The notes under the pieces were generated by a model. That model worked only from the letters and a program-made list of their open reading frames with translations, was not told the DNA's origin and did not search any database. A stretch of DNA of 64,000 nt, from the IMG/VR virus record IMGVR_UViG_3300020037_003123, positions 3,412 to 67,411 of that record; one strand, written 5' to 3'. Below, piece after piece: positions 7,967-17,693 of this stretch. Numbering within the stretch: position 1 is the stretch's first letter; each line of letters opens with the position of its first letter. The stretch is from a virus. Lineage: Duplodnaviria; Caudoviricetes. The position numbers and the translations under genes are program-made.

Positions 7967-9355
7967 CTACGTTCCCTCCTCATATTTTGCAAACTTACTG
8001 CGAAGAATATACTTATCTTCTTCACCAATGTCTGAGAAAGGGTTTGTCTGTTTATTGTTACCTTTTGCTTTGGTTTCGAATTCTTCATCATCCAAAGGTT
8101 GATTGAATATATCAATAAAACCATTAGCTGTGTTTATTCTTGAACCAAATGTTAATCCATCAGCACCATATCTATTTTTAATAAAGTGCCAGTTACCAGT
8201 TCCATTAACCTTATCTTTACGACCACGTGCTAAGGATATAATTATATCTCCAATCATAATTTTATCATATGATCCTGCTGCGTTTTCAGCTTGTAATATA
8301 TCTTTATCAGCACCTGTTCTATTTGCTTGTGAAGGCGATACAATCGGTATGCATAATTGTTTAGCTAATCCTTTAGCTTCAGTATATACATCATCAATTT
8401 CATCCTTACGTTCTTTTCTACCTTTGGTACGTAGTAAATCTAAATAGTCAATTATGATTAGATCTGGTTTAAATTCATTTTGATGTTCTAGTTGTTGTAA
8501 ATGGGCTTCAATTGTGTCTAGTGATGCACGTTTTGGTGCATATTCTTTAATTACAATTTTACCTTTAACCTTACTGATTGCTTCTTCAACTTCGCTACGA
8601 TGATCGTTTAATTTATCAACATCAACACCTGAGAATACTGCGTCATAACGTTTACCAACGTATCCTTCAGATAATTCTAGTGTATAGTGTACTACGTTAT
8701 AACCTAATGCTGCTGCATAAGCGCCCATTGCAATTACTCCCCATGACTTACCACCACCTGGATTACCGAATACTAATACTAAATCACCTTTACCATAACC
8801 ACCTTGTGTTAATTCGTTAAACGTTTTCCAAGGGAATGGTATAGCGTTTCTATCGTCATCTCTATAACGTGCTTCAACATCTGCTTCGTATAAGTGACCT
8901 ATATTCTTTTCTTCACCCGCTTTCATCGCCATATTAATCAATGAACGAATACCATCATAATCACCTAAGTTGAGTAGATCAACTGATGTCATAATGGCTT
9001 TCTTCATTTGTTGGTTCTTACAAAAGCTACTAAATTCTTCTTCTACCCATTCTAAATCTGATACATCAGACATTTTATACGCTTCACGTAGTGCATCTGT
9101 AAGTGAAATACGTAATACTTCATTATCAATCTTTTTAATTTCGATTGATAGTGTTTCTATAGTTGGATAAGTATGGTATTGGCCGAAATATTTTATAATA
9201 TAATCGATAACCCATTTATGTGCTTGTGATTCAAAATACTCACTGTCAAGTGAATCAGCAATGTTTAATAAGAAATCTCGTTGTGTAAGTAGTGCGCCTA
9301 ACACTTTAACCTGGAATGCGTTTCCGTATTGATTGAGGCGAGAGAGAGTAGTCAT
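7967..9355 (-). CDS. Replicative DnaB-family helicase (T4 gp41-like)
   Basis: Walker A GNPGGGKS, YTLELSE, IIIDYLDL, SQANR, IKNRYG. Confidence 0.9.
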   Translation of the reverse strand: MTTLSRLNQYGNAFQVKVLGALLTQRDFLLNIADSLDSEYFESQAHKWVIDYIIKYFGQYHTYPTIETLSIEIKKIDNEVLRISLTDALREAYKMSDVSDLEWVEEEFSSFCKNQQMKKAIMTSVDLLNLGDYDGIRSLINMAMKAGEEKNIGHLYEADVEARYRDDDRNAIPFPWKTFNELTQGGYGKGDLVLVFGNPGGGKSWGVIAMGAYAAALGYNVVHYTLELSEGYVGKRYDAVFSGVDVDKLNDHRSEVEEAISKVKGKIVIKEYAPKRASLDTIEAHLQQLEHQNEFKPDLIIIDYLDLLRTKGRKERKDEIDDVYTEAKGLAKQLCIPIVSPSQANRTGADKDILQAENAAGSYDKIMIGDIIISLARGRKDKVNGTGNWHFIKNRYGADGLTFGSRINTANGFIDIFNQPLDDEEFETKAKGNNKQTNPFSDIGEEDKYILRSKFAKYEEGT

Positions 9356-9380
9356 TCGTAACTTATTTATCTAAATTTAA

Positions 9381-10070
9381 TTAACTTTCTTTATATTTCC
9401 AAATAAATCCACCTGCTGTTTTTGCTAATCCTATTAATACATTAGGTATACCTTTTATATTAGTTATATTTTTAGCTTCAGTTATAGATTTATATTCTTT
9501 TATTATATTATTATTTTTATCTAATTGTTGTATAGGTTTAGATTTAACTTCTATACATTTATGTCTATTGTTTTTAATATTCAGACACCAATTTAAATTA
9601 TGTTTTTTGCCTGTCCTAGCTAAAGACAAATTTTGTTTATGTTCATTAGATTTAGGTTTACCATAATTGCCGTGTTCATCTCCACTTTTAATATCCCGTT
9701 TTGATCCTACTCTAGCTTGTCCACTCAATTTACCCCACTCAGGATCCCATATGCGTTTCTTTAATCCATGTTTTATATTTTGTTTTGTTTCTTCTGATAA
9801 TCCTGAGTTGCCAAACGGTTTATTTGTTTTATTGTAGAAGTTAGGATTATTTTCTACATCGTAATAATTTAACCAATATGTTTCTCGTTCTATAAGATGA
9901 TCAATACTGTTACAGTGCTCTATTATTTCTTTTTTAAAGTTATGTTTGCCGTATTCTTTAATAGCTATTTTCAAATCAGCACCTGATCCAATATAATTGG
10001 GGTTATTGTTTTTGTCTTTACCTATATACTTTATACCAGTAATAAGGTTTGTAGTTTGATATATTATCAT
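9381..10070 (-). CDS. Free-standing GIY-YIG homing endonuclease (Seg-like, NUMOD-type C-terminus)
   Basis: IIYQTTNLITGIKYIG...YIGSG...RETYW...FYN; C-terminal KPIQQLD...YKSITEA...TAGGFIWKY. Confidence 0.85.
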   Translation of the reverse strand: MIIYQTTNLITGIKYIGKDKNNNPNYIGSGADLKIAIKEYGKHNFKKEIIEHCNSIDHLIERETYWLNYYDVENNPNFYNKTNKPFGNSGLSEETKQNIKHGLKKRIWDPEWGKLSGQARVGSKRDIKSGDEHGNYGKPKSNEHKQNLSLARTGKKHNLNWCLNIKNNRHKCIEVKSKPIQQLDKNNNIIKEYKSITEAKNITNIKGIPNVLIGLAKTAGGFIWKYKES

Positions 10071-10093
10071 AATATCGTTTATAATAAATATAT
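10064..10093 (-). repeat. 30-nt direct repeat (copy 1): promoter, leader and start of the GIY-YIG gene
   Basis: Identical to 15793-15822: sense ATATATTTATTATAAACGATATTATGATAA. Confidence 0.85.
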
Positions 10094-10121
10094 GACAATA
10101 CTAGAAAAATTGAATCAGTTG

Positions 10122-10379
10122 TTATTTATTGTATGTTTTATCATATATTTTATCCCACATCTCATCATACTCCTTCTTCAAATCATCACTCATTCTACCC
10201 CATATATTTTCTTGGAAGTAACTATTCATGATATAACCAAACTTTAAGTCATTAAGATATGACTCACAATAATGACCATCAGAGGATTGTTTACAACGAA
10301 GTGGGGAACAACATCCCTCTTCACCACATCCATCACATACTGGACAGTATGGACTTTCATATTTGGTTTGTGTTGTCAT
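10122..10379 (-). CDS. Hypothetical Cys-rich protein
   Basis: CPVCDGCGEEGCC...C...C. Confidence 0.6.
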   Translation of the reverse strand: MTTQTKYESPYCPVCDGCGEEGCCSPLRCKQSSDGHYCESYLNDLKFGYIMNSYFQENIWGRMSDDLKKEYDEMWDKIYDKTYNK

Positions 10380-10386
10380 AACTTCT

Positions 10387-10644
10387 TTATATTGCTTTTT
10401 CTATATTATTTAAATTCCAAATATTTACTAATCTATTATATCGATCTTCATCAATTTTACCTTTAAGTGGAATCCAACATCCGACACAACTTGAATGAAC
10501 TATACCTTTATAAGTATCATAAACCCAATAAAAATCATCTTCACCATCAATTACATCTACCAACCTAACAACTTCAAATAAATCTAATACTAGTGTATTT
10601 TGATATGGCGTTAATTCTTGTTTTAATGATTCTAATGTTGTCAT
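10387..10644 (-). CDS. Hypothetical protein
   Basis: Clean ORF in the minus-strand operon. Confidence 0.6.
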   Translation of the reverse strand: MTTLESLKQELTPYQNTLVLDLFEVVRLVDVIDGEDDFYWVYDTYKGIVHSSCVGCWIPLKGKIDEDRYNRLVNIWNLNNIEKAI

Positions 10645-10666
10645 AACTTATTTTAAATATAATTTT

Positions 10667-11698
10667 TTATTTCTGCCCTTCAAAATTTAAAGGTCCAAAA
10701 ACTTGATTTAGCCAATTTGGAGTGTTAGGAATAGATTCACCTAACAAATCGTTTACATATAGTTGCATAAACGTATGTTTATCTAATAAGTAAACTGTTT
10801 TGAAACTGTCCTGAATTTGCTGAATATTCTCTTCTGATAGTGGAATAGTCTTTAGATTCATTAGTTTACTATTGATTTCTAGTTGATGCTTTCTCTCAAT
10901 TATTCTACCGTATAACTCATGTTCATCTATTTTTGAAGCTGCTTTATCCAGCATTTCCTCTAATGTTGTTGGAGTATCCGTCGCTAATTCAGGGAACATT
11001 TTAATCACCTTTTTAGGACCTAATCCATTAATACCAGGTAGGTTATCAGATGAGTCACCCATAAGTATCTTATAATTAACGAAATTATAACTGCTCACAT
11101 TGTAATCTTCTAATACATTAGCAGGTTTAAATATTTTCTTCTTTGTTGGTGAATATACTTTAGTTTTTTCACTTACCAACTGAAGGAAATCTTGGTCTGC
11201 TGACATTATAGTTACTTCTTTAGTTGCAGCATAATTTTCAAACTTACCTACTAAATAACCTATAACATCATCTGCTTCAATTCCATCAACGCAAATAATT
11301 GATACTGGTAGAAGTTGAAGGTACTGAATCAACCTAGCCATTTGGTTATTGATTGATTCAGTTTCTTCATCTTTAGAACTAAATATAGAATAGTTAGTCA
11401 TACGATTTTTATTCCTGTTTGCTTTATAGTCAGGATATAAATTTCGTTTACTATTGGAGCCGCCTACACCATCAAACACAATAACCACTTTAGTTGGTTC
11501 TAGCATTTTGATAGCATAACCAACTGATTTTAGGAAACCAGTCAATCCACCAATATGAGCTCCTTCCTGATTGATGTGGTTAATCATAGTAAAACTCCTT
11601 AAAAATGTATTAAGACCGTCTATTATAAGAATAGAATCAGAGACACCTCGCTGATCGTTATTAACTTTAGATAATATATCAGCATATTTATTTTTCAT
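10667..11698 (-). CDS. 5'-3' exonuclease / flap endonuclease (T4 RNase H-like)
   Basis: IIDGLNTF.R, VFDG, YKANR, EADD, SADQD, MGDSSDNLPG..G.GPK. Confidence 0.9.
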   Translation of the reverse strand: MKNKYADILSKVNNDQRGVSDSILIIDGLNTFLRSFTMINHINQEGAHIGGLTGFLKSVGYAIKMLEPTKVVIVFDGVGGSNSKRNLYPDYKANRNKNRMTNYSIFSSKDEETESINNQMARLIQYLQLLPVSIICVDGIEADDVIGYLVGKFENYAATKEVTIMSADQDFLQLVSEKTKVYSPTKKKIFKPANVLEDYNVSSYNFVNYKILMGDSSDNLPGINGLGPKKVIKMFPELATDTPTTLEEMLDKAASKIDEHELYGRIIERKHQLEINSKLMNLKTIPLSEENIQQIQDSFKTVYLLDKHTFMQLYVNDLLGESIPNTPNWLNQVFGPLNFEGQK

Positions 11699-12264
11699 AA
11701 CTTATTTGATTTAGTTCTGTTAGCTTTTTTAGTTAATGGTTGTAAATTAGTATAATGATAACATTTTTTTCTTTCATAGTCATCATACAAATTAAAAGAT
11801 GAACGAGGACGTATATGATCTATTTCCCAATATTTACCATGATTTTCCCAATTCATTTCTGGTTCAAATTGAGACTCCAGGTGTTTAATTAGTGATATAA
11901 TATCACATCCAAAGAAATCAAAACTATTTTTAATAGACCTGATATGATTTACAAAATACACATCTAATTTATTACAATGAGCAAAATAAGGATCTGTTTT
12001 TATTTTATTTTGTTTCCATTGTTTAACGTATGCTATTTTCCTATCTTTATTATTTTCATAATACTGAGTGTTATACTCAGGGTTCTTTTGTTGCCAGTTA
12101 ATAGTATGTGATTTAGCTTTATCAGGATTATTTTCAGCCCATTTTAGATTAGCTTTATGGCTACATTGTTTACATATTCTAGCTAATCCATCTTTAGATG
12201 ATTTGTTCTTATAAAAAGAACCTATAGGCAACTCTATCTCACAGTGTTTACATATTTTTGTCAT
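11695..12264 (-). CDS. Free-standing HNH endonuclease
   Basis: N-terminal CKHC...CKQC; C-terminal MNWENHG..WEIDHIRP.SSF...CYHYTNLQPL...NRTK. Confidence 0.8.
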   Translation of the reverse strand: MTKICKHCEIELPIGSFYKNKSSKDGLARICKQCSHKANLKWAENNPDKAKSHTINWQQKNPEYNTQYYENNKDRKIAYVKQWKQNKIKTDPYFAHCNKLDVYFVNHIRSIKNSFDFFGCDIISLIKHLESQFEPEMNWENHGKYWEIDHIRPRSSFNLYDDYERKKCYHYTNLQPLTKKANRTKSNKL

Positions 12265-12328
12265 AATTTATTATTTCCAATAAATATATGAATCCTGTGG
12301 GAAAACACAGAAGCCTATAGGGTTCTAT

Positions 12329-12529
12329 TTATTCTTCATTTGATTCTTTGCACACATCATTATAATTATTAAATACTTCACTAATAGTTTCTTTTGAATA
12401 CCCATCAAGTGTTAAAGCTAATTCAATAGCTTCTTTAATTGCATAAGGATAATAACAGTGTTTAGTATCAATTGTTACAATGGATGATTGTCTACTGTCT
12501 GGTGTGTTTCTATCGATAATTATTTTCAT
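12329..12529 (-). CDS. Hypothetical protein
   Basis: Short ORF directly after the recombinase gene. Confidence 0.55.
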   Translation of the reverse strand: MKIIIDRNTPDSRQSSIVTIDTKHCYYPYAIKEAIELALTLDGYSKETISEVFNNYNDVCKESNEE

Positions 12530-12531
12530 AT

Positions 12532-13608
12532 TTATTCTTCATCTAATGGTATATCAGTTAAATTTTCTTTCATTTCATCTTCTTCGACAATATCAAACGA
12601 ATCAGTACCTAAGATAGCTAACCATTCTTTGGAATGTTCTTTCTTATAAGCATCAATCGCTTTTTTATCATCATCAATAAATCCGTGAACCGTCATTGTT
12701 ACAGTACCTTTTGTTTGTACACCTGTAACGTGGTTCTTATCAACTGATATTTTAGTGCGTTTAGCAAACTCTACATCTTTACCATCTTTAGTTGCTTTAA
12801 TCTTACTAGTACCACTGTTGGTAATGTTACCAAACGTTACTACTAATGAAGCATCAAAAAACATTGTATCACCACCCTTATTTTTCATCTTTGGTTGTTC
12901 CATTGGTGAATTAGGTTTTGCAACCCATACCTTATTAACAGCAACAAATGTGTTTGTATACGGTTGGTTTTCTTTACGTGATAGAATAATTTTCTGATTA
13001 ATAAAGTTACCAAATTGTTGAGACATAGCACCTGCATTCCATTCGTTGTTGTTCTTATTTGATTCAACAGATAATCTACATGGTATAGATCCTACTGAAT
13101 CCCATAGGAATAATAAATTGAATGGTAGTTTACCTTGTGCTTGTTCGCTTAATAGATCAGCAATAAATGCTGCTACATCTTCAATTGTGTTTAGTGAACC
13201 TCTATCTACATATAGGAAAAATCCTTTGTAGTCAGTTACTTCACCTGTTGATTCGTCTACTACAGGTTCCATTTCGAAACCCATTTGAATAGCGTGATCC
13301 CAATTCCATTTCATCTCAGTAACGATAAAGACAGGTAGCACACCTATTTTTTGTGCTGCTACAGCTGCCTCTAACATTGCTGTTGTTTTACCTGTATCAC
13401 TATGGCCACGTAATAGTGTTATGTGGCCCATAGGAATACCTGGTAATGAAATGACATCTTGGAATGCTTTGGATAGATTTATCCATCTTTGTGGTTTGAA
13501 CTTAACACTTTGATCAAGAAATTTAGATTTCTTAAACGAAGATAAGTCAAACGATTTGTTGATTGAGGTACTAATTACCTCGCTCAATGAGCTTTTTCCC
13601 TTTGCCAT
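12532..13608 (-). CDS. RecA/UvsX-like recombinase
   Basis: Walker A GHSDTGKT, Walker B FLWDSVGS, VNKVW and GG..MFF. Confidence 0.88.
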   Translation of the reverse strand: MAKGKSSLSEVISTSINKSFDLSSFKKSKFLDQSVKFKPQRWINLSKAFQDVISLPGIPMGHITLLRGHSDTGKTTAMLEAAVAAQKIGVLPVFIVTEMKWNWDHAIQMGFEMEPVVDESTGEVTDYKGFFLYVDRGSLNTIEDVAAFIADLLSEQAQGKLPFNLLFLWDSVGSIPCRLSVESNKNNNEWNAGAMSQQFGNFINQKIILSRKENQPYTNTFVAVNKVWVAKPNSPMEQPKMKNKGGDTMFFDASLVVTFGNITNSGTSKIKATKDGKDVEFAKRTKISVDKNHVTGVQTKGTVTMTVHGFIDDDKKAIDAYKKEHSKEWLAILGTDSFDIVEEDEMKENLTDIPLDEE

Positions 13609-13619
13609 AACAGTTTTAA

Positions 13620-14441
13620 TTAAATAAATAAATCGTCGAATTTGTCTGCGTTAGACGTTTTTGGTTTTACATCCAGCTTATACGCTTCAGCTGGTTTGTT
13701 CATTTCCGTTAGGAAATCATCTTCCTCTTCGTCTTCGTCTTTAGAAACGATTGGTGCTTCAGTATCTTCTTCGCTATCTGGGTTCAACCACTTATCTAAT
13801 AAATCTTTCAATTCATCAAATGTGTATTGTTTGTTAATAGCAAAGATGTCTGGTTGTTCGTTCAATGCTTTTTCTACTAAAGCAGCATCTTCAGAAATTG
13901 GTGTTGTTTTAGGTTTAACACGAATGTTACATTTAACACCTTTTCTTCCAGCAACAACATCTTCTACTGCTTCGATTGTGAAGTCACGTCCATCAGTGAT
14001 GTCTGTGTAATCACCATAATCTTCATCAGCAGCGATACCTAACAATTGCTCGTAAATTAATTTACCAAATTCCCATAGACGAGCGCCTTGCTCTTCTTCA
14101 CCACGTACCAATACTGGAACGAAGTAACGTAATTTCGGTTCAATTTTTTTAGCTAATTGCCAATCTTCTTTGTCAGATGATTTGCGAAGGTTTTTTGCAA
14201 ATTCAACGATAGGATCTTTCTCGTTCCAGTTAGTCAACGCCAAAATTGGTCCCTTGGAGAAACCATAGTGGAAGTAAACTTCACGGAATGGATTTGATTT
14301 GTCGAATTTTGAGGGGAGGATACGAACTTGGTATTTACCAGGTTTCGGTTTGAAAAAGATCTTACTGTAATCTACTTTTTCACGTTTTTGTCCTTTGTTT
14401 TGAGAAGCGGACAGCTTCTGTTTGATGACGCTTAAGTCCAT
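13620..14441 (-). CDS. Single-stranded DNA-binding protein (T4 gp32-like)
   Basis: Aromatic OB-type core (VRILP...PF.E.YFHY, RYF.PVLVR, DITDGRDF) and acidic tail ending KFDDLFI; next to the recombinase. Confidence 0.8.
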   Translation of the reverse strand: MDLSVIKQKLSASQNKGQKREKVDYSKIFFKPKPGKYQVRILPSKFDKSNPFREVYFHYGFSKGPILALTNWNEKDPIVEFAKNLRKSSDKEDWQLAKKIEPKLRYFVPVLVRGEEEQGARLWEFGKLIYEQLLGIAADEDYGDYTDITDGRDFTIEAVEDVVAGRKGVKCNIRVKPKTTPISEDAALVEKALNEQPDIFAINKQYTFDELKDLLDKWLNPDSEEDTEAPIVSKDEDEEEDDFLTEMNKPAEAYKLDVKPKTSNADKFDDLFI

Positions 14442-14488
14442 AATACATGTTTTTAAATGTGAGGTGTTCTATGAACACAATAATAAAC

Positions 14489-14519
14489 TAAATATAAGAC
14501 TTCTTTTTTGGGAGACCAA
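14489..14519 (-). promoter_or_regulatory. Putative promoter TTG-N20-TATATTTA
   Basis: TTG (14519-14517), 20-nt spacer, TATATTTA (14496-14489); same layout as the Bacteroidota -33/-7 consensus TTG...TAnnTTTG. Confidence 0.6.
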
Positions 14520-14549
14520 GCTCACTTTATAAGTCTACTATAAATATTA

Positions 14550-15023
14550 TTACTTATTAAAGTCGATAATCTTGTGGATAGCTGTATCTAGCTTTCTCAA
14601 ATCAGGACCATTAGTTAGCAATATACTATTTTTATAGTCCTGCCAATTAATGATAAATCTTGTATCCAATATCCCATTGTTTAACGATCTAATAAGAATA
14701 TTCAGAGCATTAATGGTGTACAAAGAATTGGATTCTTTCTTTCTATGTAATAGAATGGTATTAGCCATAGGCGATGATGCCATATTGCCTGTATCAATAT
14801 TATAAGTACATATTAATTCATCACTTTGCGGTGATTCCAATATAAATATCTTATTGAATAATATTGAATATTTACGATTAATCGTCGCTACTGTTTCCTC
14901 TAAGTCTGCTGGTGAGGTAAATGTGCAGAATAACTTGTTTGTCATATTATAGTCTAGAAATGATGCATAATCATTATCTATAAATATGTCAGAGTCATTA
15001 ATAAATGATATTTTATTAGTCAT
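14550..15023 (-). CDS. Conserved hypothetical phage protein
   Basis: NKLFCTF...CTYNID...HRKKESNSLYTINALN; a second possible start at 14945. Confidence 0.65.
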   Translation of the reverse strand: MTNKISFINDSDIFIDNDYASFLDYNMTNKLFCTFTSPADLEETVATINRKYSILFNKIFILESPQSDELICTYNIDTGNMASSPMANTILLHRKKESNSLYTINALNILIRSLNNGILDTRFIINWQDYKNSILLTNGPDLRKLDTAIHKIIDFNK

Positions 15024-15799
15024 AACGTGTTTGATTTATCTCTATTTCCTAATTCATTATACCCAAATGACTCAGCAATAGAGGTTGTTTTAAATAATGG
15101 TTGTGTATTGGTATAATGAAAACATTGTTTTTGTTGTTCTATATCAGTTAAATTAAATGAATCACATGGTTTAATATGGTCAATTTCCCAAATTATACCA
15201 TGATTATTCCAATTCATTTCTGGTTTAAATTGTGATTCTATGTGTTGTTTATATTCTTTTATGGTACATCCTAATAATATTAGGATTGAACTTTGTTTTG
15301 TGTTTGTTTTTAATGCTTGGTTGAATCTTCCTCTTAAATTTAACAATAATTTAAAATTAGTATCATTTTTATACCGTTCTCGTTGTCTTTTATTTTTTCT
15401 ATCTTTATTATTTTCATCCCACTGTTTACTCTTTAATATACAATGCTCTTTATTTTCAATATACCATTGTTTAACATATCGTTTAATTTTATCTTTATCA
15501 GTGTGATATTTTTGTTTTTTATATTCTTTAACTTTATCAATATTATTTTCTCTATATTGTTTAGATTTTTGTTTATATTCTCCAGAATTTTGTTGATATT
15601 TTTCTTTATAATATTCTAATATATCTTGTTTATTTTGTTGATATTTTTCTTTTGATTTAATAATATATTTTTCCTTATATTGGGCGTAATGATTCTTTTT
15701 ACATTCTCTACATTGAGTTTGATATCCAGTTTTAGATGAATTGCTCTTATTAAATTCAGTTAATTCCTTATATTGCTCACATTTTTTACATTTTATCAT
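15020..15799 (-). CDS. Free-standing HNH endonuclease
   Basis: CKKC...CREC, Lys/Tyr/Gln-rich linker, WEIDHIKPC.SF...CFHYTNTQPL. Confidence 0.8.
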   Translation of the reverse strand: MIKCKKCEQYKELTEFNKSNSSKTGYQTQCRECKKNHYAQYKEKYIIKSKEKYQQNKQDILEYYKEKYQQNSGEYKQKSKQYRENNIDKVKEYKKQKYHTDKDKIKRYVKQWYIENKEHCILKSKQWDENNKDRKNKRQRERYKNDTNFKLLLNLRGRFNQALKTNTKQSSILILLGCTIKEYKQHIESQFKPEMNWNNHGIIWEIDHIKPCDSFNLTDIEQQKQCFHYTNTQPLFKTTSIAESFGYNELGNRDKSNTL

Positions 15800-15822
15800 A
15801 ATATCGTTTATAATAAATATAT
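15793..15822 (-). repeat. 30-nt direct repeat (copy 2): promoter, leader and start of the HNH gene
   Basis: Identical to 10064-10093. Confidence 0.85.
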
Positions 15823-15848
15823 AATTCTTTTGCTTTGATGCATTTTTA

Positions 15849-17141
15849 TTAGATTTTCTCTAATGCATGATAATTTTTTCCTGTTTTGATATTTACAGGA
15901 TATTTAATCATATTTTTAATATCTATTAATGTTTGGTTTCCATCCGATTTACTATAGTCTAGAAGTATACTATCATAAACATACAATACTAATTTCGTTT
16001 GTTTATCCTTTAAATAATCTAATATATTAACTAACATTTTAACATTAGTAGTTGTTTCCTTACTTTGTATAATATAATTTAGCAACTTAGATTGTGTCAT
16101 TTCCGTATCTAAATAGAATGTTCTATTCTCGGTTTCATAGTATTTACCATATTGATATGTTTCCCAAATATCATCAGTTAAAGCAACGATATTTTTAAAG
16201 AATGGTTTGTTTTGATATTCACCCCATACACCACCATATAGCTGTTTGAATGTTAATTCTTTAGCTTCCTGTGTACTAACACCTAATAATTCACCTAGCG
16301 TTTCGTATGTGTTTTTATTATTAAATTCAAATTTAATCATTTCACCTAATAAACGTGGGTGATATCCCTGTATATCAAATTCAACAAATGTATCATTTGT
16401 CGGTCTGTAACATAAACGTTCGCCATTGTTTTTATTTAATGCAGCGAAATTAATATTGTTATATGTGTTTGATGGACGACCAGTTATTGTGTATAGGTTG
16501 TACTGGCTGTATATTCTACCTTTATTAAGGTTAAATTGTGGGTATATTAAATTATCGCTGTATGAATCGATAAAGCATTGTTTATCTACCTTAATACCAT
16601 TTGATTCTATTTCATGGAACACGCGCGTAAGATTACCGTTATTAAACGCATAAACGGCGTTATTAGGGCGGTATTTGCGGATTATAGGTAGTACTACATC
16701 AAATATATTCTCGCAGTTTTCATAGTGTTTACTAATTGGAATTAATTTATTTACTATTGGGTTTGCTATGTGTTGTTTGTAGTAAAATGTATGACATGAT
16801 GTAAATACACCTGTTAAATCTGGTATTTCAATAAAATTGATATCATACAACTTATCAGCATTAGGATAATGATACATCGCTTCCTTCTTATTCAATACAA
16901 ATAATTTATCTGTATTATTTTCTATCCAATCAAACACAATGTCTTGTGTTAGTGAAAATGACTCACTATGATTGATACATAAAATGTATCCTTTATGTTG
17001 TGTGATGTCTCTAACATACACCAGACTAAGTGGACTTAGTTTTGGATGGTAGTTATCGTTTTGTTGAATGAATCGAACAAAGCAATCTCTAAATGATGGT
17101 AGTTGTTGTAGTTGTTCTTGTTTCTCTATTATGTAAAACAT
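15849..17141 (-). CDS. Compact family A DNA polymerase-like protein
   Basis: TITGRPSN, motif A EFDIQGYHPR, motif B AKELTFKQLYG, motif C YVYDSILL; only 430 aa. Confidence 0.8.
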   Translation of the reverse strand: MFYIIEKQEQLQQLPSFRDCFVRFIQQNDNYHPKLSPLSLVYVRDITQHKGYILCINHSESFSLTQDIVFDWIENNTDKLFVLNKKEAMYHYPNADKLYDINFIEIPDLTGVFTSCHTFYYKQHIANPIVNKLIPISKHYENCENIFDVVLPIIRKYRPNNAVYAFNNGNLTRVFHEIESNGIKVDKQCFIDSYSDNLIYPQFNLNKGRIYSQYNLYTITGRPSNTYNNINFAALNKNNGERLCYRPTNDTFVEFDIQGYHPRLLGEMIKFEFNNKNTYETLGELLGVSTQEAKELTFKQLYGGVWGEYQNKPFFKNIVALTDDIWETYQYGKYYETENRTFYLDTEMTQSKLLNYIIQSKETTTNVKMLVNILDYLKDKQTKLVLYVYDSILLDYSKSDGNQTLIDIKNMIKYPVNIKTGKNYHALEKI

Positions 17142-17187
17142 ACTTCATAACCTTTTACTTTTATAAATATAATAAAAGAGTTTTGCT

Positions 17188-17691
17188 TTACAAACCTAAG
17201 AAAGCTTTTATTCCAGGGAGTTGTTTTTCAGCCTCATCTATACTTTGAGTTTTTCCCTGATAAGTTCCAATAAATGTTACTTGATATAAAGAATTTGTTA
17301 TAAGAGATTTATAAGTATTTTCATCAATTTCTTTTATAATAATAGGTTGTTCATTTACTTTTTTATAATAGAACTTAGTATCTATAAATGATTGATTAGA
17401 AAATTTATTTGTAGGAATACTATTAATTGTAGGTGTTTGTAACATTTGGGATGTTATTCCTGTTATTGATGAGTATAATGCTAGTGATTTACTTTTATCA
17501 AAAAATTTGTTTTTCTTAGGTATGGGAGTTAATTTAGAAGCATTTGGATCAAATGTTTTTCCAATGAAAAAAGAATCATTTAATACACAATAATACCCTT
17601 GGTAAGGTTTATTTGTGGTTGTTTCTACAAATTCACCCCCAGATGTGTATTTACCTTCTTTTATTCTATTTTTTGGTGCTCGTAGTCCCAT
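17188..17691 (-). CDS. Hypothetical protein (baseplate operon)
   Basis: ORF coupled to the baseplate hub gene. Confidence 0.6.
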   Translation of the reverse strand: MGLRAPKNRIKEGKYTSGGEFVETTTNKPYQGYYCVLNDSFFIGKTFDPNASKLTPIPKKNKFFDKSKSLALYSSITGITSQMLQTPTINSIPTNKFSNQSFIDTKFYYKKVNEQPIIIKEIDENTYKSLITNSLYQVTFIGTYQGKTQSIDEAEKQLPGIKAFLGL

Positions 17692-17693
17692 AA

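Noticed and set aside
7930-8124. 65-aa N-terminal extension of thioredoxin in the ORF track
   Set aside because: It overlaps the helicase 3' end and spans the promoter motif; ATG 7929 is the better start.
12885-13067. Alternative-frame minus-strand ORF inside the recombinase gene
   Set aside because: Fully nested, short, with no motif or leader.
14464-14478. Hairpin GTGTTC/GAACAC in the SSB leader as a T4 gene 32-like autoregulatory pseudoknot
   Set aside because: Only a 6-bp stem with a 3-nt loop; I found no second stem.
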